A stretch of DNA of 64,000 bases from Candidatus Moanibacter sp. Lineage in GTDB: Bacteria; Verrucomicrobiota; Verrucomicrobiia; Opitutales; UBA2987. The translations under genes and the position numbers were made by a program. Positions 7,939 through 16,435 of the stretch are shown here, in pieces; the first letter of the stretch is position 1, and each line of letters starts with the position of its first letter. A model generated the notes under the pieces. It had not been told where the DNA came from, searched no databases, and worked only from the letters and a program-made list of their open reading frames with translations. The DNA lies in assembly GCA_965215885.1 (NCBI GenBank), contig CBDCEW010000105.1, positions 320,001 to 384,000 on the forward strand. The letters run 5' to 3'.

Positions 7939-8648
7939 ACTCGTGGCGCTCCGCTCCTCAATTTCTAGGAATCTCAATGGTCATCATCGGAAGCCGCTTC
8001 GGTCCCATCGAAGGAGGTGGTGCAACCCTCATCGTCAGGTTAACTGAAGGTCTGAAAAATCACCTCGGGTCCTTGGGATCAACCGCAAAATGGTCTTTTC
8101 AAATTGGAGCTTGGAGCGCGATTTTCAGCAGTCTCCCGGGTGTCTGGCAAAGCGTCCCCTACCTTTTCGCCGATTTCTGGCAACTGCGAAAGATCCAATG
8201 GCAGAGCGACACCCGCTTTTCCGTAAGCACGACATCGAGGCCTTATAACGCCTATCTACTAACCATCGTAATTAGGTGGTGCATTGCGATCATCACAACA
8301 GCAAGAGCAAGGCCCATCGTATGACAGGTCCGGAGCATGGAAAGCCTTATGAGGTGGTATCGGCTGATTAATGTTTTGCTGGCTATACTCACGACGTCAT
8401 CCGCCGTTTCGCAGTCTTCGGGGGTGACTGCTAACACTTCTAACACGGTCGCCGGTAACGCTTTCGGCGCCCTGTAGTGATGAGGCGAATAGCCGATCAG
8501 CGGCCTTTTTTTCGGGTCCTGAATCAGGAATAGTGCGATAACCACATTTTGAAGAAGCTTAGCTTTGAAAGGCAATGTATTGGATCGGTTTAGCCCGCAT
8601 ATTGCAAGATGTCGCTACGCTCGGTACACCGCTTTGGCGCAACCGGAG

Positions 8649-10037
8649 TTAAGTTTCCGCCTCGAAGAGGTTTGCGGCGAACTGTCTCCCCTCCTCGAGG
8701 GAGGAGAAGACGCCGTCGAGCTGGGCTTCGTAGCACTTATTAAGGATGGTTTTGAAGTGGGGGCCGGGGGTCTGGCCCAATTCGATGAGGTGACGGCCCA
8801 TGACGATGGGTTGGGGGGCGGAGTCCTTGACGGCGAGCGCTTCGGCGCGCTCGAGGAGCCAGTCACCGGCGGGAAAAGGATCACCCGGTAAAGGCGGGCG
8901 CCCCTGCATATCGGCGCGGGCGACGCGGACGAGGCGATCGATGCGGCGGACTTTTCGGGCGAGTCGCCGCACGGCGGAGTCCCCGGCCTCGACTCTGTGC
9001 AGTTCGATGGGTCGCAGGTGGGTGAGAACGAGGGGTACGACCGATTCAATGAGGGCCTTATGTTCGGTCATGCAGCCGAGAAAATTCCGAGTGGGTTGTT
9101 CCCCTTCGACGTCGTGGCGGGGCGAGCGGATGTGGTCCTTTTCAAAAATGGTAGTGGCGGGCTTTCCGAAATCGTGACAGAGGACGGCGAGACCGACGAC
9201 GAGGTCCTCCCAATCGTGGTTGAGCCGCTCACTGGCGAATGCGTCCATACAGTGCAGGGTATGGGTCCAGACATCGCCTTCGGGGTGCCATTCGGGGTCC
9301 TGTTGGCAGGTGGTGAGGGCTTCGAGTTCCGGGTAGTAGCGAATCCAGCCGCATTCCCTGAGAAAGTTGAGGCCCATGGAGATCTTCCGGCCCTTAAGGA
9401 TGAGCTTTCTCCACTCTTCGAAGATGCGTTCGGGAGGAAGATTCTCGGGATCGATCCCGGAACAGATCTCGACCGTGGAAGGGTGAACCGCGTATTGAAA
9501 ACGGGCGCTGAATTGCATGGCACGCAGGACGCGAAGCGGATCCTCTCCAAACCTTTCCGAGGTGTGCCGCAAAATGCCCTTCACAATGTCTTCCCGTCCT
9601 TTAAAGGGATCGATGATTCGGTTGTCGGAGGGGTCCCAGAGGATGGCGTTGATCGTAAAATCGCGGCGGGAGGCGGCCTCTTCTTCGCTCATATCGGGGT
9701 CCCCGGAGATGGCAAAGCCCTTGTGTCCGGCCGTTGTTTTGGCTTCGCGCCGGGGAAGGGAAATATCGATTTCCGCACCTTTGATTTTGAAGACGCAGAA
9801 GGCCTTACCCACGAGCTCTACGCGAAAATGGGCAGTGAGGAGTTCCTGCAAGCGGTCTGCGGCCAATCCGTAAACCTCGATATCGATATCCTTGATCGGC
9901 TCTCCGAGGAGAGCATCGCGCACGCAGCCGCCGACCAGGAGCGCCCTTCCGCCGGCGGAGGAAACGACGGAAAAGACCTCTCGACATTGTTGCTTGAGGT
10001 TTTCAGGCAGGAACTCGGACTGAAAGACAGCGCTCAT
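8649..10037 (-). CDS. cca: CCA tRNA nucleotidyltransferase / poly(A) polymerase family with HD domain
   Basis: LVGGCVRD, DIDIE, RRDFTINA, EDPLRVLR, HPEGDVWTH, LCHDFGK. Confidence 0.85.
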   Translation of the reverse strand: MSAVFQSEFLPENLKQQCREVFSVVSSAGGRALLVGGCVRDALLGEPIKDIDIEVYGLAADRLQELLTAHFRVELVGKAFCVFKIKGAEIDISLPRREAKTTAGHKGFAISGDPDMSEEEAASRRDFTINAILWDPSDNRIIDPFKGREDIVKGILRHTSERFGEDPLRVLRAMQFSARFQYAVHPSTVEICSGIDPENLPPERIFEEWRKLILKGRKISMGLNFLRECGWIRYYPELEALTTCQQDPEWHPEGDVWTHTLHCMDAFASERLNHDWEDLVVGLAVLCHDFGKPATTIFEKDHIRSPRHDVEGEQPTRNFLGCMTEHKALIESVVPLVLTHLRPIELHRVEAGDSAVRRLARKVRRIDRLVRVARADMQGRPPLPGDPFPAGDWLLERAEALAVKDSAPQPIVMGRHLIELGQTPGPHFKTILNKCYEAQLDGVFSSLEEGRQFAANLFEAET

Positions 10038-10062
10038 ATGCCGGGATCGGAAGCGATCGGGG

Positions 10063-10443
10063 CTAGGAATCCGTCGGACTTAGTATTCATGAGGCAGCCT
10101 TCGGCCGCAACCAAACTGTAAGACAGAAGAGGGGACACAGAGCGCCACAGAGAAGCATCACAGAGGCACACAGAGAGGACATGGGTGGACGATGTCCGTG
10201 TGAAGTTACGATTGTGCTTTGCTTCTCTGTGGCGCTCTGTGTGCCCGATTTACTCACGATTTAACCCTTTGTTCGTAGCTTACTTACCTAGCATATCTAC
10301 GCAAATTGCGTAGAAGTTATGGGATAAGACACTGACATCCTCGTGGTGAAGATTTCATGGTAACGGATCGACATTCCGACTCAGATGAGATCGACAGATT
10401 CCTTGTGTCTATGAGCCTGTCGGCAAGGGCTGACAGGCTGCTA
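10063..10443. repeat. Degenerate family A MITE-like ends and short repeats
   Basis: CTAGGAATCCGTCGGACTT at 10063; CGACAGATTCCT near 10392; AGCCTGTCGGC/GCTGACAGGCT hairpin 10414-10439; CACAGAG/CTCTGTG repeats between. Confidence 0.6.
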
Positions 10444-11002
10444 AGCGAAGGCGGCTTCGTGAGCGACGATTCCGGAAATGGCTATGACAAGCCCTACGAG
10501 GAGTCCATAGGCAAGATGAGCAAGGAGATGAGCGACGCCTACTGAGAACCCTGCTTCACGAAACTCCTCGAGAGGATGTTCTTCAGCAATGGCGGCGACA
10601 AGGCCGAAACAGATAAGAATGCCGTGGCAAAATCCAAGGAAAAGACCCACTTGAATAACCCTCTCGGCGGTCATGGGCGCCATAATTTCAAACACCAGGG
10701 TGTAGAGCATCCCGAAAATCACTCCGGAAATGACATGAAGAGTGGAGCCGACGAGGAGGGCGGACTCGGTCGAGCGGGTGAAGAGGCTCCCCACGGCAAA
10801 GACCATTCTGGCGTTCGCGATGCCCGATTTTGTAATAACGTAGAGCAGGAGAGTCATGCCGGCGGTACCGACGAGACCCGCCAGAATGGAATAGACGAGA
10901 AAGGGCAAGACCTGTGGTGAAGAGAGTCATGCCGGCGGTACCGACGAGACCCGCCAGAATGGAATAGACGAGAAAGGGCAAGACCTGTGGTAATTCGACC
11001 AT
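10441..11002 (-). pseudogene. His-containing four-TM membrane protein, 5' end frameshifted by tandem duplication (TTG restart at 10908 possible)
   Basis: Paralog of 31196-31678; ATG at 11002 reads MVELPQVLPFLVYS then leaves frame. Confidence 0.65.
10849..10991. repeat. Perfect 70-bp direct repeat, period 73
   Basis: GAGAGTCATG...CCTGTGGT at 10849-10918 and 10922-10991. Confidence 0.95.
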
Positions 11003-11274
11003 TTAATTTTGCAAATTTACTCGTAAACGGAAAGTAATCAATCCCTGATTGAAGTTCGAATGCTGGAAATTTTTGCCACGGATTTCCTGGCGGAGCGAAG
11101 CCGCAATCCCGCTGAGCGGGAAGATGAGTCAGCAACGAATGAATGAAGGGCAACGAATGGGGCCTGTTAGAGCTTTGAAAGCAACGGATCAAGGTAAGGT
11201 AACGGATACTTTTCGCACAGATAGCAAGTGGTTGCGATAAACCAAACTGGTAGTTGCTTCCGTGGAGAAGAGAT

Positions 11275-11330
11275 TTGAATCCCGGCGCGCCGGGAGAAAC
11301 AAAGATAAACGGAGGAGAATATGAGAGGAA
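11275..11330. repeat. REP-like repeat with TCCCGGCGCGCCGGGA palindrome
   Basis: TTGAATCCCGGCGCGCCGGGAGAAACA also at 13787; core also near 13851, 19720 and 53353. Confidence 0.75.
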
Positions 11331-11435
11331 GAAAAGCCCCACGGATTCGAGCCGTCTTCGCTTCGCTGCGCCGAGCCAGGGAAAATCACGGATTGAAGAA
11401 GAGGTGTCGAGACAACCGGAAAAAATCCAGAGACA

Positions 11436-12389
11436 ATGAGTGAGAGTAACTCTATCGCAAGAGACATAAAGTCCGACAGGCTGCTGGGTCGCGTGTACGG
11501 GTCGGTGGCCATCTTGCTTTTTGGGATCCTGATGGGATCGTGCAGGAAGGCGCCGGAGTCGATTTCTTATCCGATCCGCGGACAGGTAATCTCGCTCTAC
11601 TCGGAGAACAACGAAATCACTTTGAAACACGAGGAGATCGAGGGCTTCATGCCGGCGATGACGATGCCCATAAAAGTGAGAGACGTCAGGATCCTGGTGG
11701 GGCTGGTCCCAGGTGATCTGGTGGAAGGAACGCTGGTAGTAACGAGGATGGAGAGCTACTTGTCTGAATTAGAGAAAGTGGGTTTCGATCAGCTGGAAAG
11801 CGCGATTACCCACATGCCGTCCGGGGTTCGGCTGGTGCGCAAGGGTGAAACGGTACCGGACATCTCTCTGATTGATCAGAATGGCCGAGAGCGAAACCTG
11901 TCAGACTTCAGAGGCAAGCCCCTGGCGCTGACCTTCATCTATACGCGCTGCCCTTTGCCGAATTTCTGCCCACTGATGGATCGCAATTTTGTCCGGGTGC
12001 AGGCAGCGATCCATGAGGGAACGCGATTGAGCAGAGACACACAGCTCCTATCCCTTACCTTTGATCCCGACTACGATACACCGGAAGTGCTGCGGAAACA
12101 TGGAGAAGCTCTTGGCGCGGATCAATCGATCTGGAATTTCGTCACGGGAGAACGCCGTGAAATTATTCACTTCGGTGAGCAATTCGGAATTACCGTGGTT
12201 CCGGGGAAGGACGATTCGGTCGACATAACGCATTCCTTGCGCACCGTTGTTGTCGATGAGAAAGGAAACCTCGTAAAGATATATCGCGGTAACGAGTGGA
12301 CGCCCGAAGGGTTGATTGAGGAGTTGGGGAAGGTGAGTCCCGGCAGGCCGGGAAATGAAGGGCAACGAAAGGGGGAGGGAGAAGGATGA
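11436..12389 (+). CDS. CusF-like copper-binding domain fused to SCO domain, probable lipoprotein
   Basis: LKHEEIEGFMPAMTMP (CusF-like); FIYTRCPLPNFCP, FDPDYDTP, ITHSL (SCO); LMGSC lipobox; start uncertain. Confidence 0.88.
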   Translation: MSESNSIARDIKSDRLLGRVYGSVAILLFGILMGSCRKAPESISYPIRGQVISLYSENNEITLKHEEIEGFMPAMTMPIKVRDVRILVGLVPGDLVEGTLVVTRMESYLSELEKVGFDQLESAITHMPSGVRLVRKGETVPDISLIDQNGRERNLSDFRGKPLALTFIYTRCPLPNFCPLMDRNFVRVQAAIHEGTRLSRDTQLLSLTFDPDYDTPEVLRKHGEALGADQSIWNFVTGERREIIHFGEQFGITVVPGKDDSVDITHSLRTVVVDEKGNLVKIYRGNEWTPEGLIEELGKVSPGRPGNEGQRKGEGEG

Positions 12390-12398
12390 AGCGCAGGA

Positions 12399-12454
12399 GG
12401 AAGTATCTGCCGACGGATGGGAATTGCCCGCTAAACACGCGAAAATGCGCGAAA
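12399..12454 (+). repeat. Dispersed ~56-bp repeat, copy 1
   Basis: ATCTGCCGACGGATGGGAATTGCCCGCTAA.CACGCGAAAA.GCGCGAAA shared with 20460-20515. Confidence 0.85.
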
Positions 12455-12860
12455 GAGGGAGGTGTAGCAACGTGAGCTTTGTCGAGAGAGCGACAGAATA
12501 CCGCGACAAAGCTCACGACAAGGCTCGCGACAAAGAAACCCTGACGGGAAGAGAAGCTTCCTCTATCCTTCATCTTAAGCCTCCTCGAGAGAGCGAGAAA
12601 AGGCGACTAAGTTGACGACGAAGCTTACGACAAAGGTTTCGGTTGCATCCCCGTGTCTCCCCGTCTCCATTTTTCCCTCTCCGCCTTTTTTTGGTTGCGT
12701 CTACGCTGCGCTAGGATGATGGGAGGACGAAGACCGGAGACAGAGATTGGGGTTGAGGAAGCAGGAGGGAGAAACACAATCACTTTCTATTGTTCGTGGA
12801 GCGAGGTTTCACAGGTGATGAAGATTTCCCAGACTTTCGGGCGATGCGAACAATAGCACG

Positions 12861-13790
12861 ATGACGGAATCATCACAGATAAAATCATATTTCGATCTGG
12901 AAGGGGATGGCGGCTCGCATGTGATGGAGCAGGTCCTGTCCCAGAAGGCCGAGATCGAGAAGAAATTATCCGGTATCAAGGAGATGGTCGCGATAGCCTC
13001 GGGAAAGGGAGGAGTGGGGAAGAGCACACTGAGTATGCAGTTGGCGGTGGCGCTCAATGCGATGGGCAATTCCGTCTGCATCTTAGACGCGGATTTTAAC
13101 GGGCCCTCTCTTGCGCGGCTCTCAGGCCTTGGTGAAACGGCACTGATTCCGGGGGCGGAGGGCCTCATCGTCCCCCGGACAGAAAGCGGGATAGGAGTGC
13201 TCTCGATGGGGACAATCGTGCCGGAAACGAAAGCGGTGGATTTCACGAGCGTGGCCAGTGGTGAATCTCATGTGTGGCGTGCGACAAAGGAATTCTCGAC
13301 CCTGGCGGAATTTCTAAGAGGGACGGATTGGGGCGATTTGGATTTTCTTCTACTCGATTTGCCTCCAGGCGCTGAGCGCTGCTTTCAGTTTGCGGAGTTC
13401 TTTGGGAAGAAAACTCGTTTCCTGATGGTCACGATTCCTTCCGATGTGTCTCAAGGGGTGGTATCGCGATCGGTGGTGGCGGTGGAGAAAGCGGAGTCAA
13501 CGATAATTGGATACGTGGAGAACATGTCCGGCTTTTATTGTGCGGAGACTGGTGAATTGAGGCCGCTCTTCCCAAGGGGTGATCTGAAATTGGATTATCC
13601 TCTTCTGGGGCAGGTGCCTTTTGATCCGGAGTTGGCGCGGAATTGTGACAAAGGACGGACCATTGAAGATATGCCTGGTACTCCCGTGGCGAGTGCAATT
13701 TTTGAAATCGGGCGGGAGATTGTGAGGATTCTCTCACAGGAAGGAACCCCTTCGACGGGGCTCAGGGCAGGAGAGAGAAAAGAGAATTGA
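12861..13790 (+). CDS. Mrp/NBP35 (ApbC-like) P-loop ATPase
   Basis: ASGKGGVGKST, DADFNGPS, DLPPG, VENMS motifs. Confidence 0.9.
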   Translation: MTESSQIKSYFDLEGDGGSHVMEQVLSQKAEIEKKLSGIKEMVAIASGKGGVGKSTLSMQLAVALNAMGNSVCILDADFNGPSLARLSGLGETALIPGAEGLIVPRTESGIGVLSMGTIVPETKAVDFTSVASGESHVWRATKEFSTLAEFLRGTDWGDLDFLLLDLPPGAERCFQFAEFFGKKTRFLMVTIPSDVSQGVVSRSVVAVEKAESTIIGYVENMSGFYCAETGELRPLFPRGDLKLDYPLLGQVPFDPELARNCDKGRTIEDMPGTPVASAIFEIGREIVRILSQEGTPSTGLRAGERKEN

Positions 13791-14195
13791 ATCCCGGCGC
13801 GCCGGGAGAAACATAGAGAACGGAGAGAGATGAAGAGGGAGAGTTACCCATCCCGGTGCGCCGGGACTCCGCAGTACTACGAATTTCCTGGCGCAGCGTC
13901 GCCGCAACCAATCGACAAGCCAGCAGCTGTTTGCTTTCACCGAGGTGCTGTCGATCGTCAGCTTCCCGTTCGGGACAAGGTTCGCGACGAGGTTTGCTCC
14001 GCATAATCCGAAGCAGCCCTGCAGTGAGTGAATCGTCGCGTAAAACGGGATCGTCGAAGTCCTGCCGAACCCATAAACTGTAAAGGAAGTATCTAAGAGT
14101 GCGTGGCTAGATTATGAGTCCAATGAAAACGCTCCCTAATATCTTGAACTCTCTTAAGCAGGCGTTCAGTTTCTTGGGGCTCGGGAAGAGTGGTT

Positions 14196-14714
14196 ATGAT
14201 TTTTCTATGCGTTAGTTGCAACACCCAGATGAAGCTGGTAAAGGGGGACGGGAGCGTCACGCCGGATGAAAGGGGATCCCTTACGCTACGGTATGAATGC
14301 CCAGAGTGCTTAATGGAAGTCGCTATGCTGACCAATCCTTTTGAGACTCAGTTGGTAACTTCGATGGGCGTTGAGATCGGGGGCAAGACGGTTTCTGAGA
14401 CGGATGGAATTCTGATTGATGCGCAAGGTAAGGCAACCGGCGCGAAGAATTCGGAGATCTCTTCCTCGGAGGCTAAGTGTCCGTTTTCGCAAGTGGCGAG
14501 GGATGCGATAGTTGATGGCGCAGAAAGGACCGGCGCGACGAGTGAGGAGTTGATTATTCCCTGGACGGCGCAGGCCATGGTGCGGCTGCAGAACATTCCG
14601 GAGTTTGTGCGGCCCATGGCAAAGCAGGGGATCGAGCAATTCGCCAGGGAGAAGGGGTATCCGCAGGTCAATGAGAAGTGCCTGGACGAAGCCAAAGAGG
14701 AGTTTGGGATGTGA
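14196..14714 (+). CDS. Zn-ribbon + PCP_red-like domain protein
   Basis: CVSC...CPEC; C-terminal WTAQAMVRLQNIPEFVRPMAKQGIEQFAREKG; ATG at 14196. Confidence 0.8.
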   Translation: MIFLCVSCNTQMKLVKGDGSVTPDERGSLTLRYECPECLMEVAMLTNPFETQLVTSMGVEIGGKTVSETDGILIDAQGKATGAKNSEISSSEAKCPFSQVARDAIVDGAERTGATSEELIIPWTAQAMVRLQNIPEFVRPMAKQGIEQFAREKGYPQVNEKCLDEAKEEFGM

Positions 14715-14766
14715 GCCGCCGCCGCCCTACGGGCTGTGGCGAGCCAAGAAGTGGAAGGAAGAGTAG

Positions 14767-16113
14767 GTGGAGTCATTGACCAGATTTGAGAGGCCGTATG
14801 TTATTTCGTGGAATCTGACGCACCGGTGTAATCTGAAGTGTGAGCATTGCTATCTGGATGCCGGGGCTAAGAAGATTCAGAGGCTGAGTAGCGACGGATT
14901 TGAGGACCGCAGCGAGCTGAACACGGAGCATTGCCTGGCGATTGTCGACCAGATCGCGGAATTCGCGCCGGAAGCGCTAACGATTTTGACAGGCGGAGAA
15001 CCGCTCTTACGGCGAGATATCCTCGAAATAATCCGCTATGCGAGCAGAAAAGATCTGTGGGTGGTCTGCGGGACCAACGGGGTCCTGATAACTGAGAATC
15101 TTGCGAATATTCTAGGTGAAGCTGGGTTACGGGGTCTCTCGCTTTCTTTGGACGCTCTTTTGCCGGAGGTTCACGATCGATTCAGAGGCGTTGAGGGGGC
15201 GTGGCGAAACACGGTAAATGGGGCCGCTGTCCTGCGGAAGGCAGGGCTTTCATTCATCGTCCAGACAACCGTCGGCAAGCACAATGTGGGGGAGATCAGC
15301 GCCATTGCCGATTTCGCCTACAAAGAGATGGGTGCCAAGGTATTCAATCTCTACTTTCTCGTGCCAACCGGTCGTGGGCAATTTGTGTCGGATATTGCTC
15401 CCGAAGAATACAATTCAGTGCTGCGGACGCTAGCGCAGATTCAGACGAGGTACGATGGCCAGATGATTACAAATGCGAAGTGCGCGCCGCATTACGTAAG
15501 ACATCTATTTGAAAACGATCCCGATTCGAAATTCCTGAAGTCTTTTGCGGGTGGTGCGGGTGGGTGTCCGGCTGGTGCGCAGTATATGGGAATTCGCCCG
15601 AACGGCGATATGACCCCATGTCCCTACCTGCCACTCTACGGAGGAAATCTGCGGGAGCAAGCTATGGCTGAGATCTGGAACGAATCGGAGCTCTTCATTA
15701 ATATCCGCGCGCGTAGTGCCCTTGGAGGCCGATGCGGAGAGTGTGAATTCAATGGAAAGTGCGGGGGGTGCCGGGCTCGCGCTTTCGGAGTGACGGGTAA
15801 CTATATGGCGGAGGACTCACTCTGCGACTACACGCCGGGAAAATATGAGAGGGAGCAGCTGAATTTTGGTTCGGGTATGGAGTACGGCCTCGCCTATGAG
15901 ATGGATTCGAAGGATGAAATTCATTGGGATGAGAAGGCCCGCGAACGCATGAAAGAAATACCGGCATTCGTTCGTGGAATGGTGAAACGGAGCGTGGAAG
16001 GTTATTGCGCGAAGAACGGGATACTACGAGTGACACCCAAAGTATTGGCGGACATTCGCAGCCGGATGCCGACGCCGAAGATTTTTGGGAAGAAAGAGGA
16101 GAGTAACGGATAG
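14767..16113 (+). CDS. Radical SAM/SPASM protein, AhbD/NirJ-like, with C-terminal PCP_red-like domain
   Basis: WNLTHRCNLKCEHCY, TGGEPL, CAPHY, SPASM cysteines CGECEFNGKCGGCRARA; WDEKARERMKEIPAFVRGMVK. Confidence 0.88.
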   Translation: MESLTRFERPYVISWNLTHRCNLKCEHCYLDAGAKKIQRLSSDGFEDRSELNTEHCLAIVDQIAEFAPEALTILTGGEPLLRRDILEIIRYASRKDLWVVCGTNGVLITENLANILGEAGLRGLSLSLDALLPEVHDRFRGVEGAWRNTVNGAAVLRKAGLSFIVQTTVGKHNVGEISAIADFAYKEMGAKVFNLYFLVPTGRGQFVSDIAPEEYNSVLRTLAQIQTRYDGQMITNAKCAPHYVRHLFENDPDSKFLKSFAGGAGGCPAGAQYMGIRPNGDMTPCPYLPLYGGNLREQAMAEIWNESELFINIRARSALGGRCGECEFNGKCGGCRARAFGVTGNYMAEDSLCDYTPGKYEREQLNFGSGMEYGLAYEMDSKDEIHWDEKARERMKEIPAFVRGMVKRSVEGYCAKNGILRVTPKVLADIRSRMPTPKIFGKKEESNG

Positions 16114-16435
16114 AAGGAAAGAAGATTTCTCACGCAACGGTCTTCGACCCGCGAGCGGGACTTCGCCCTGTCAAGAAGTCGCAAAGACGCAAAGATTTGA
16201 ATGGTGGAAGGGTGGGACGGGAAGGTTGTAGGTTTTTGGTGGTTGGGTGTTCAGAGGTCGGTGTTGGATTTACTGAGCTCCTGAGATTAGAAATTGGTTG
16301 GGTGAAATTGGCGGCAATTCGTTGACAACCTGAGAATTAATTGGATGCTGGCGTCTGATGGAAAACCGTGTTGGGTAATCGTATTTGAGCACTATGGAAT
16401 TCCCAGGCGAAAAGAACAAATAGAAGGCAAGATTT

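Noticed and set aside
7914..8575. ORFs downstream of intI
   Set aside because: No recognisable domains; cannot be supported
8997..10121. 374-aa plus-strand ORF
   Set aside because: Antisense shadow of the CCA-adding enzyme gene
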